From assembly GCF_004010195.1 (NCBI RefSeq), contig NC_057721.1:41805964-41869963 (forward strand): a stretch of 64,000 nucleotides of DNA, read 5' to 3'. Of the stretch, positions 11,790 to 23,700 are shown one piece after another. The stretch is from Chiloscyllium plagiosum (lineage: Eukaryota). The position numbers were made by a program, and so were the translations under genes. The number at the start of each line of letters is the position of its first letter. Position 1 is the stretch's first letter. The notes beneath the pieces are model-generated. The model ran no database searches, had not been told where the DNA came from, and saw only the letters and a program-made list of their open reading frames with translations.

Positions 11790-14700
11790 GTGAGTGTTGT
11801 TTGTTCAGGCCTGTCACGACCATATTGCGAGTGACAGGATTGACTCTCCATCCAGCACTGAGGGCTGTGGAGGGGAGAATAGTGAGAGCCGGGGGGTGGG
11901 AATATTAAGGCTGGAGGGGAAATAATGAAGGGTGGGGGGTTCTGGGGACTCGAAGCATTGAGGGTGCTGGGGCTCAGAATTGTAACTCAATGAACTAAAT
12001 GACTAGCCAGCTCATGACTTTGAAGGCTTTGTCTGGTTGGCCAGGTGCTTACTGAATGGCAGAATATATGAACAGCTCATGTCACCACTTAATGTTTAGA
12101 CTCCTCTCACCCTTGTGATTGCAGACTCGGATTGTCCTGGCTTGAATTAACCAACAATTCAAGTCTCTTTGATTCTTAGCAAACATCATTGTCATTCTGC
12201 TGTAATCCACTTGTAAATTTATGTCGTTTTAAAATCAAAAATACAGTGTAAACAAGCAAAGCATGCTGCAAAGGCTGATTTGTTAAGTTGAACATTTGGG
12301 GAGTGAAGTTGTATAAGTGTTTGGTTAATCAATCAAGATAGTTTTGTAACTGTGAATTGAAAGGGAAATCTCAGTACATCGAGCTTTTGCTACATTGAGG
12401 TGGTTCTGAGTAGATGGCCCAGGATTTCAGCAGCAAGTTCTTGACCCTGATATCTATGTTCAATATCAATCACTATTATAATAACAATAAGGATACTGTT
12501 TTTGTTTTCACTTATGGGTTATAACTGGTATTATTTAAGTTGTATGTGGCTGTTATGAAGGAAATTGTCAGGCATAGAATAATGCAGCTCAGAAGGTGAA
12601 TATTCATCCCATTTGTGTGTATTTACACTTTTAAAAAATATACCAATTAGTGAAAATACTGTGTTTTGCCCTGAACTCTTTCAGTTTCTCCTTTTTATTA
12701 GTACATTATCAATTTTCTTTCGTGATTTTTAGAAATTGTAAATGTTTTGAAGAGTTTTCTTCTGCCAGAACTTGGTGTGTAAAATTTTGTTCTGTTTTGT
12801 AAAGTGATTTCCTATTCATTTGAGATGTGGGCATAACAGGCTGCTTAGCAAGGCTGATGGTGACTTACCTTCTTGGATCTCTTCATAATTTTAGGAATAG
12901 AGACACCCACATGTTGTTAGAGTTCCATCATTTTAATCCATCAACAATCAAGTAAGAGCGATATTGTTCCAACTTAGGGTAGTGTGTGACTTGGAGAGGA
13001 ACTTGAAGGTGATGGTATCCCATACTTCTGCCCCTGTCTCTCCATAAAATTTGAATGATGCTGTCAGAATAGTCTTAGTGAGTTACTGCTGTGCATTTCG
13101 TTGATGCGATCAAATGAAATAAGAGCAGAAGTTGATAATTCAGACCCTCAATCCTGCTATGCCCTTGTTTAATGTCCTGGATGATCTGTTTGTGTTTCAA
13201 ATTCCACATCCCCATTTATTGCAATAATCTGTGATTCCCTTACCTAACACGAATCTATCTACGTTGCATTCCTGACGAAGGGCTTATGCCTGAAACATTG
13301 ATTCTCCTGCTCCATGGATGCTGCCTGACCTGCTGTTCTTTTCCAGCATCACACTCTCGATTCTGATCTCCAGCATCTGCAGTCCTCATTTTCGCCAAGA
13401 ATCTATCTACCTCTGCCTTAGAAATATTCCATGTTCCCACTTCTGCTACTTTTCAAAGTTACATAAACCCCTCTGACAGAAAAAAAAAGTCTGCTCCCTT
13501 CTGTCCTAAAATGTGATCTCTAATTTTTAAGAGGTATCCCCAAGTTCTAGACCTAACCATGAAAGCAATCATTTTTCCACATTCCCTTTGTCAAGATAAT
13601 TTAGCATCTTGTACTGTTCAGTCAAGTCACTTCCCGCTCTTGTAAATTCAAGTGGAAACAAGTTCACTTTTCAAACTTCAATACAGGTATCAATGTAGTA
13701 AACTTCCTTTCAAATTCTTCCAACAATTCTTCAATTCATTTCTTAAGTAGACCAAGCTGCACCATACTTGAAATGTGGTCTCATCAATACCCTGTATAAC
13801 TGAAGCATAATAGTGTGATACCATTTGCTGCCAGTGTTGATGATGTAGGAAGTGAATGTTGAAGGTGCTGATCAAATGGGTTGCTTTATCTTGGCTGATT
13901 GGCACCCCATCCACATCTTCAACATTGAAGTGTAAAGTGAAGTCATTCCTCAAACATTATCACTATCTGTGCACTATTATAAATTCTAACGTCTGCAAAC
14001 ATATATCGTGAAGATATGGCCTCAAATTATGTCACTTTAAAACAGTTTAAATGTTTGAAAGGAACTCCTTCTGGAAAGGGGAGCAAAGGGACATGAGAAA
14101 GCACACAGGTCATGTCTGGAAGATAGATGTGATCTTCATAGTAAGATTGGACTTTGTGTGTATAAATTATATGTTGTCAGAATTCAGGAAAAATAAGGGT
14201 GGACCAAAAAGGCCATTAAGCCTGCTCCATCTTGCAATAGAATAATGGCTGATCTTCATCTTCGACTCCCCTTTCCTGCCAACCTCACTTTTTCCTGGCT
14301 TCCATGAAATGCCAACAATCTTAACACAATCAGCATATTCTCTATTCCTTTTGCTCATGTTGCTGATTTAGCTTGCCCTGAAAAGATGTTATTTTTCACA
14401 GTTACTCTCTGTAATACTGATTTACACTGTCTAACATCACTCCGTATAAAAATAAGGGTCATAATGTACTAAAACACCAACTACAGTTATCATTGCCATG
14501 CTTTGCTTGTCATGGGCTTGGCACTCCTCTGTGCCATGCATTGAGTATAAGAGTTTGGAGATCATGTTGCAGCTGTACAAGATAATTGTTAGGCCACTTT
14601 TGGCATACTACGTTCAGTTCTGGTCTCCCTACTGTAGGAAACATTTTGTCAAACATGAAAAGGTGCAGAGAAGATTTTCCAGGGCTGGAGGGTTTGAACT

Positions 14701-17700
14701 ATAGGGCGAGGCTGAGTAGGCTGGAGCATCAGAGCTGAGGGGTGACCTTAGAGAGGTTTATAAAACCATGAGGTTTAGGGTGAGAGAGAAAAGATTTCAA
14801 AGGGACCTAAGGGAACAATTTTGACATAATGAGGGTGGTGCATGTAAGAAATGAGCTGACAGAGGAAGTGGTGGAGGTTGGTACAATGACAGCATTTAAA
14901 GACATTTGGATAGATACATGAATAGAAAAGGTTTGGAGGCTTATGGGCAGCAAGGTACATAGTTTGGGATTATGTTTGGCATGGACTGATTGGACCAAAG
15001 GGTCTGTTTCTATGCTGTATGACTCTAAAAGGCATCTGGATGTGCACATGAAGGGTTTGGAGGGATATGGGCCAAATGCTGGCAAATGGGACTGGATTAA
15101 TTTAGGATATCTGGTTGGCATGGACAGGTTGGACTGAAGGGTCTCTTTCCATGCTGTACAATTCTGACTGACTGTATGACCTCTTTTTTTTTTTTACTTG
15201 TTATTGGTTGCACTCTGATCATTTTGTTTTCATATCAGATAGTCTGTTTCACCTGCCTTCTAATTAATGGTTTAATTGCATTGAAGTTTATTTTTAAATG
15301 TCACATTGGTGCCCCATCTTTGGTGAAAACTAAAGTGTATTTGAATCATTTGAGGAATATTTGCTCCAATGTACACTATTACATCCAGCATATCTGTTCT
15401 ATCAAATAATAAAACAATGCTGGTGTCCTTTACCAAACACTCACTTGGCATTCATATCAATTCACTTTTAAACTTAATCACTAAATTGTCTCCAGTATTC
15501 AAAAAAATACACTCACTCATTTGTCCCCTTTTTCCTAATAGTTAATAGTTAATAGCTAAGCTTGTGTAGACCTAAGAGTGTTGTGGTCACACCATGTGGA
15601 GCGATCAAACTTTCTGGTTGGTAGCTGCCTGTGTCTCTACAACGCACTCAGGCAGTGCATTCTAGATCATGATCATTTACTATGTGGAAAAAGCTATTTT
15701 GTTGCTTTTGCCTATTACTTTAAATGTGTGCCCTATTGTTCTTAATCTTACTGTGAGTGGCAACAGTTTCTCCTTATCTATGCTATCCAGACCTCTCATT
15801 TTTAATTTGATATGCCTCCCCGTTCTCCTCTCAGCTTGCTCTTCTAAGCAGCGCACAGTGCTAGTTTCTCCAATCTATATTCATAACATGAAGTTTCTCA
15901 TCCTTGGCAGCATTCTCATAAATCTCTTTGTCCAATGCTCATACAGATTTCCTAAAGTATGGTGTTCAGAACTGGATGCAGTACTCCAGCAGAGGTCAAA
16001 CTGGTATCTTTTACAAGTTTAGTATAGCTTTCTTTCTCTATGCCTATGTATACTTTATTACCCATGCTCTCAACCTCTTCCTTAATGACTTGTTCACTCA
16101 GTTCCTGCACCTCCTTTTGAATTGTACCCTTTCATTTATTTGTCTCTCTATTTTTGTTCTTATAAAAATGCAACATCATTCATTTTTCTATATTGAACTG
16201 TTGTCTATTCCATCAACTTGTCTGTCTTTTCGAAGTTTTACACTTTCCTGATCTCATTTCACAATGTTTCCAAGTTTCAAATATTCTGCAAATTTTGATT
16301 TGTGACCTGTATGTCCATGTCATTTATATGTATCAGGAAATGCAAGGGCCCTGCAGATCTGCAGCACAGACCTTCTCCAGTCCAAAGAATATCTATTAAC
16401 TCCCACTTTGTGTCTTGGCACTCAGCCCATCTATCTCCATGTTAAAACTGACCTTTTTGTTCTCTGAGTTATCACTTTGCTCATAATTGTTGTGTGGCAC
16501 TCTAATCAAGTCCCTTTTATAGGTTCACTAACATCGCATCAACATCATTATCCTCATCAACACTGTTACATCTTCAAAACAAAAAGTCACATCATTTGTG
16601 TATGATTTCCTCTGAGGAAGTCCATACTGGTTTTCCTTTATTAACACTTTTCGGTGTGGTCATTCATTTTATTCGCAATTATTATTTGCAGAAGTTTCTG
16701 TACAGCTGACATTAGACTGTTTTGTAGTTTTAGGACTTCTCTTTACATCTTTGTTTGAATAAGGATGTGATACTTGCTGTTCTCCAATCCTCTGGTACCA
16801 CGCCTGAATCTAAGGAAAACTGAAAATCTATGACAAGTGCATCTGGACTTTGCACTTGCAATTCCCTCTGTACCCATGGATGTATCTCATCCAGTCTCGT
16901 TGATTTATCAGCTGTTAGTTCAGACAGCCCATCCAATATCTTTTCATTATCAAATGTAATTTCTTGTAGTGACTGAATTAACCCATTTTTCTCCATAGCC
17001 TGTGCAACATCATTTCCTTGGTAAAATTGAAAAGCAGTCATTAACTCTTTAACCATGCCCCACCTCTAGACATAAATTTTTAATCCTTAATTGGCACTGT
17101 GACTGTTTTATTATTTTATGACCCTTTTATTACTTATCTGCCGATTTGAATATTGTTGGATTTCCTTTTATGTTGGCTGCCATGTTCTTTTCATACACAC
17201 TGTTTACTGCTCTTTTAGAATCGTAGAATCCCTACAATGTGGAAACAGGCCCATTGGCCCAACAAGTCCACACTGACCTTCTGAAGAATAACCCACCTGG
17301 ATCCATTCTCCTACTCTATTACTCTACATTTAACCCTGACTAATGCACTGCATCTACACATTCCTGGAGGTGACCCACAGCAGTAGAATCTGATTGTTGG
17401 GAGTGCTGCTGCCCCTGATGGTGTTTCTGCAAACTGCAGGACGATGTGAACCTCCACCTGTACTCTAGGCAGGCGGACGGCCTCTCCCCGGTATGGACCC
17501 GCTGGTGCTTCAGCAGGTTGGAGGAATTGCTGAACCCCTTCCTGCACTCGGGGCAGGGGAAGGGCTTCTCCCTTGTCTGGACCCGCTGGTGCTTCAGCAG
17601 GGAGTAGGAATCGCTGAAGGCCTCCCCACGCTTGGAACAGCTGAAAGGTCTCTCCCCAGTGTGGGCGTACTGGTGGCAGTAGGAAGGAAGAATTGTTGAA

Positions 17701-20700
17701 TGCCTTCCCACATTTGAGGCAGGGGGAGGGCTTCTTGCCAGTATGGACCTGTCGGTGGTCCGGCAAGTGGGAGGAACGAGTGAAATCCTTCCCGCACTGA
17801 AGATAGCTGAAAGGCCTGTCAGCCGTGTGGACCTGCTGGTGCCTCCGCAGGGAGTGGGAATCGCAGAGGGTGTTTCTGCACTCGGGGCAGCTGAAGAGCC
17901 TCTAGCCAGTGTGACTGCACTGATGAGTCTCCAGGGCAGATGGGACACTGAAGCTGTTCCCGCAGTTGCCACACGTCTGCGGTTTCTCCACTGGGTAGGA
18001 TTCCTGGGGTTTTTCCATGGCCATAGCTTCAGCTGTGCACAACCGTTCTTTGAGTTTTCACCTTCCTTCTGGACCTTCAATAGTCAGCATGATCTCAGTT
18101 GTATTTTCTGCTTGTTGATTATTAGCACTTTTATTTTTTAAAGTGTCATCTTAATTACAGTGTCTTTTATCATCCAGGGACTGCTGAATTTGGCTTCCGT
18201 ACCTCCTTGTATGAGGAAAATACCTTGACTGTATACACATGATTTCAACCTTGAATTTTGCCCATTGTTCTCTGTAACATTTCCTGTTGATCTTTAGCTC
18301 CAATGTATTCAACTGAACTCTATTCTTCTCCCATTGAAATAAAAGGAAATTACTGATGCCGCAACAGATTTGAAATAACATCAGAGGCCAGTGTCTGCTA
18401 ACACTCGGAGTCATTTACAATTGTGCATGTAGAACAGCGGAGGGGGTGAGGATGGGAAGATCAGCACAGGCACAGGCAGGGAGATGATTGGGAGGGAGAG
18501 GGGACACCACCCCTGTCTCCTTCACCACCTTCTATCATCCTTCACATGTGTCCTGCCCTCACCTCTCACTTCTCTCCCTTATCACTCCCCACATCTGAGG
18601 GCCCTCGCATCAATCACCTCCCGCTGCCCCTACCCTGCAATCACTTTTGACTACCCCCGGCCCCCTCACCTGCACTTCGCCCACCAAAACTCTGCCCTCA
18701 TTCAGCTGCCCTCCTCTCCCACCCCACCGGCCCCTCTCCCCCACACCCAACCCCAGAACACTACTTTTAAATGTACTTTCTACAACTTGGCTTTCTGCTT
18801 CTCCAAGCTGTAAAACCTGCAATTACGCACTGCTGTGATTTATCTCCAGTTCTTTTGAAATGGGTGTTATTTCAGTCATTCTGCTATCCAGTAAGCTGAG
18901 GCATTGGAACTTTAACCATCTCGAGTTAGTCACAGCACTAATTAAGAAATAGTTTGAATAATGTGCGAGGACTCTCCTATCATTAATGAATGTGTTCTTC
19001 CATTTTCAATGTAGGAATCAAAGTTTAAAGAGACTGGAGTAATTACCCCAGAGGAGGTAAGTCTGAAGAATTTGTTTAACCAAGCTGTTTAGAAGAGGAA
19101 GCCCTTTCTCTCATTTTTATTTGAGTGGATGATCTTGACTGTAATAAGTGTTGATTCTAAGTAAAGAACAAGCTGAATCATGGACCACTTTGATTCAAGT
19201 GACTTTTGGTCAAAATTCCCAACCTGTGCTCAAGGTTATTATATATAATAGAACTTCCCTTCCTCAGTCCACATGCTGGCAACAAACTTGTTATCCTAAT
19301 TTTCAGCTAACTCTAAGCTTTGCTGTTTGACAGAATATTTAATGAAATCTTGAATTAAAAATATATTCTTTTGATACAGGTGTGATTATGAAAATATACC
19401 TGGAAAATCTGGTGAAAATCTGGACTATATATAACACGCACATACTAGAACACAAATGGTACCTGTTGACTGGAGGATAGCTAGTTATTTTAGTTAAAAA
19501 GAAAACAACCAGGAAACTTTAATCTGATTATTTTAGTGCCTCTTATTCCTGGTAATAAAACAGAGTGGAATCTTTTTCTCAAAGATGTAACCGATAAACA
19601 CACAGTATAAACACACTCAAAGTATAAAAGATTTCAATAGCACAGATATCAAAACTGAAAGTCATGCTTGACCAACCTTTTAAAATAATTTTGAAGGAGT
19701 AATAAAGTTGGTACATAACTATGATCTAGTTTGATTTTTCAAACGTCCTTGATAAGATGCTTTGCAGTTAATTCTTGATTAAGATCAGGACGTCTGGATT
19801 TAGACAAAGATAGAATAGATCCGCAAAATAGAAACACGATAGGAGTTCACAGTATTCACTCATGCAAAAGGTGTGAAGTGTCGTTGTACAAGGATTTGCA
19901 TAGATATCATATATTTTGTACTAATGATTTACATGAGAATTTTCCTCAATGTCTTGGACAACATCAAATCATAGTTACTGTGTTGAGATGAGGATTCATA
20001 ACATATTGTTTAGGAACTTGAGTTCTAAAGTGGAGGCAAATGACTTTTAAAAGATTGCAAGAAATCATGTTACTTCAGATGAATGAATAGTGAGCCAACT
20101 GTTAAGATAACTTAGGATGTTTACTGACTTAGGTTTTACAACTGAGAGAAAGAGAAATGAGTCCAGAAGCAGTTTCATTCAGAGAGAAGCAAGGTGCATT
20201 AGAAAGAAGTCGTCCTTCTCAGTAGAGATGCTGTTTATTGGCAGTAAATGCAATTAGGGCTAGGGAAAAAGTCCTGAGAGGCTTAGAGAGCCAGAAGTAA
20301 ACGATTGTGTATGTACCTTATTTATCTTATAGAGCTGCTGAAGATATGAGATTAAAGAACCCATATGGGCTGAGTTAACTGCTTATTTTAGAAGTCTTGG
20401 GAAAAGGCATTTTTTAAAAAGTGCATAAATTTAACAAAAATAAACTTTTCAGGATAAACACTCACTGAAGCTTAGGTGCCTAAGATTGTTGTGATTAAAA
20501 AGGTTGAATCATTTTAATATTTCTGATAAGAGTTTCAAAATAATAGGATAATATAACATAGTTTGACTATTTCTCTTTTGTGTAATAAACATCTTTTGTT
20601 TTTTAATTAAACATACATTGCAGCTTCTCATGAATATGTTCAGGATCTGACCTCCACAGTGAACATAAGTAAAAATTCAACTTATGTCACTTAAAATTAA

Positions 20701-23700
20701 AATCAGTTCTCATTCTGGGATATTACTTGTTTAGCATTGCCATCAGCTGGGATCATATCAAACGTGAGCTTTTAATAGAATCAAATTTTTTTGAAATCAG
20801 AAGGGGATCCATGAATCTTTGGAAACAAGTGCATGGAGATACTGGGTATCAAAATAGGAGTTATTGTGAAGTACTTTACATGGATTGGAATTTAAAAATG
20901 GCCTTGGCTTACTGCAGGTAGATGGTACAACAGTGGATTATTTGAAGTCTTTAACGAGGGCTAGTCTAAGAACAGGTGAGTTGCAAGTAGAAATAAAATC
21001 AGGTCCTTGAAAGGGTTAGATACTTAAAGTAATTGCTCATTATTTTGAATTAAGAGGAGGGAAACTTGAAAGTGGCGTATTAGCTGAGATTCAGTTAGAA
21101 ATGAAAAAAAAATGAATCAAGAGAAATTAGCCTTAAATTGGAATTGATATGAAGAGAGGACAAGAAAAAAGAATTAGAACTACTAACAAGCCTGAGCTCC
21201 AGAGAGAGAGGGAGAACTAAGACAAAGTGACAACAAAAAAAAATATTATAGACTAGGAGTTCCGAGGAAGGGTCACTGAACCTGAAAAGTTAACTCTGAT
21301 TTCTCTCCATAGTTGCTGCCAGTGCTGATAAGACTTTCAATTATCCAGTTTTTTTCAGTTTTATATGACTAAACTAAAGCTTGGAGTAAAGGAACAAAAT
21401 AAAATGTAGTCCCACTGATTCCAATGGCAGATTTGATTTAATAAGAAATCTGTGTTTAGTGCCTCAATTTACAAAGGGTGGAGTTAAAAGCTATTTCATC
21501 TCATTTGAAAAGATAGTTGTGAATTTGTTGGTGGGCAAAAGATACTTGGGTTTTAATTTTAGTGTCCTGCAAAGTATAGCAGTGAATGTATACTTCTGTG
21601 TGTGAGAAGACCAGTCTGCAGACAATGAAGCTGTTAAAAGGGCTATACTTAATGCTTGCGAGCGTGTTTTTGAAGCATATCAGTTAAAGCTGGGGATAAG
21701 AAAGTAACCTAATCAGGCCTTTGTGCAATTTTCAAGAGAAGGAAATGCCAAAGCAGTCTCTTCAGATTATCAGAGTGTTTGATTAGAAGGTAGGAGAATA
21801 TTTCCACTTGTAGCGAAGCCAGATATAAGGGTGAAAAGAATATACAATCCACAATATCCATTTAGAGAATAAAACCGAAAATTGAAGAGCAAAAGGAGGC
21901 ATGAAAGAATGTTGATGGGGAAGATTATGGAGAATCTCCCGATACTTTTTTTAAGTTTTAAGGGGAAGAGAAGAACCAGGTGAAGAGTAGGACCCATTAT
22001 TGACTAAGGGGCAATATGTGCGTGAAGTATTAGTAGAGTATTAAATGAGTACTCCGCATCTGTCTTTACTCAGGAGAAGGATGCAAATGCAGACTTTGAG
22101 AAGATGGACAGTGAAGTTCCTGAGCAGATTGATGGAAGAAGTGAGGAGATGTTGGAGGTTGTGCCAGGTTTGGATGAGTTGGATCCTGCTGTGGGAGATG
22201 AGGGACATAATAATAAGAGCCCTGATCCAAATTTTTAAATCATCTCTGGCCACAGGGGGATGTGTCTGAGGATTGGAGACAGTTCGAAACAGACGAGGGA
22301 ACAATAAACCAGTGGCGGTCACATCAGTGGCAGGGAAATGTTTGGAGAAAATGCTAAAGGACAAAATTTAGTGTGGAGAGACAAACTTGATCAGAGCATG
22401 ATTCTGTTAGAGGGAGATCATGTTTAACAAATCTGGTTGAACTTTTTGAGGAGATGGCCAAGTGTGTAGATGAGGATAGGAGAAAGTGAGGACTGCAGAT
22501 GCTGGAGATCAGAGCTGAAAATGTGTTGCTGGAAAAGCGCAGCAGGTCAGGCAGCATCCAAGGAACAGGAGAATCGACGTTTCGGGTATAAGCCCTTCTT
22601 CAGGACTCCTGAAGAAGGGCTTATGCTAGAAACATCGATTCTCCTGTTCCTTGGATGCTGCCTGACCTGCTGCGCTTTTCCAGCAACACATTTTCAGCTG
22701 TAGATGAGGACAGGACAGCTGATGTAGACCATATAGATTTCAGAAAAACAGTTGATGCAGTCCTGCATGGGAAGCTGATTTGGTAACAGCACATGGAATC
22801 CAGGGTAATTTGGCAAGTTGGCTCCAAAATAGGCTTAGTGGCAAGAGACAGAAGGTGGTGGTGGAAGGCTGTTTCTGTAATTGGAGTCTGGTGTCCAGAA
22901 CTTTGGTTCGAGCACAGCTGAAGGACGGTGTGCAGTTCTGATCACCAGACGATAGGAAGATGTGATTGCCTTGGAAGGGGTGCAGAGGACATCCACCAAA
23001 GTGTTGCTTTGGATGGAGCATTTCAACTATGAAGAGAGGCTGGTAGGTTTGGGTTGTTTACTTCAGAGCAGAGAAGATTGAGGGGGGACCTGATAAAAAG
23101 TATACAAGATTGAGGAGCATGGACACGGGGAATAGAATATAACTGTTGACCTTATTTGAGAGGTCAAGACTAAGGAGGCATACTTTTAAAGTGAAAGATA
23201 GGAGGTTTAGAGGGGATTTGATGAAAAATATTTACCCAGAGGGTAGTGGAAGTCTTGAATGCACTGACCTGGGAGGGTGACCGCACAACCTTTAAAAATT
23301 ACCTGGATAAACATTTGAAGTATCTTAACATTCAAATTGGTGTCTAGTCCGGGAAAGTGGGACTAAGGTAGTAGTAGTGTTTTTATGGCAGCAGAGTCGA
23401 TGGGCTGAAGGGCCTCTTCTGTACAGTATGATTCTATGATCATTTGAAATAGTGGTTTGTTTCTGTGCTGTAGATTCAATGTCACCTCCTTTAACCTGAT
23501 GTAGAATAGTTTCCTAATGTATCTTGGATAGTGTAGCTTTGGACAAGATATTTCAGTAGTTAGTGAGTTTTAAGAAGATTTGTAGCTTAGGTTGAGGTTC
23601 TGGATGTAGGTTTGCTCACTGAGTTAGAAGGTTCATTTTCAGACGTTTCGTCACCAGTCTAGGTAACATTCGTCCGGAGGCTCACTGAAGATGTTAACTG

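Larger units (their letters stand above)
15600..18420 (-). mobile_element. Old degenerate CR1 LINE, split by the ZNF-SINE insertion
   Basis: ORF 16730-17056 [25 protein letters not shown] is a CR1 ORF2 motif; CR1-like sequence continues on both sides of 17216-18046. Confidence 0.65.

Noticed and set aside
17340-18080. Functional 246-aa zinc-finger gene nested in ATG3 intron 1
   Set aside because: The listed ORF joins an out-of-frame N-terminal half to the last fingers; the real finger frame has a stop, a frameshift and several lost Cys/His ligands.
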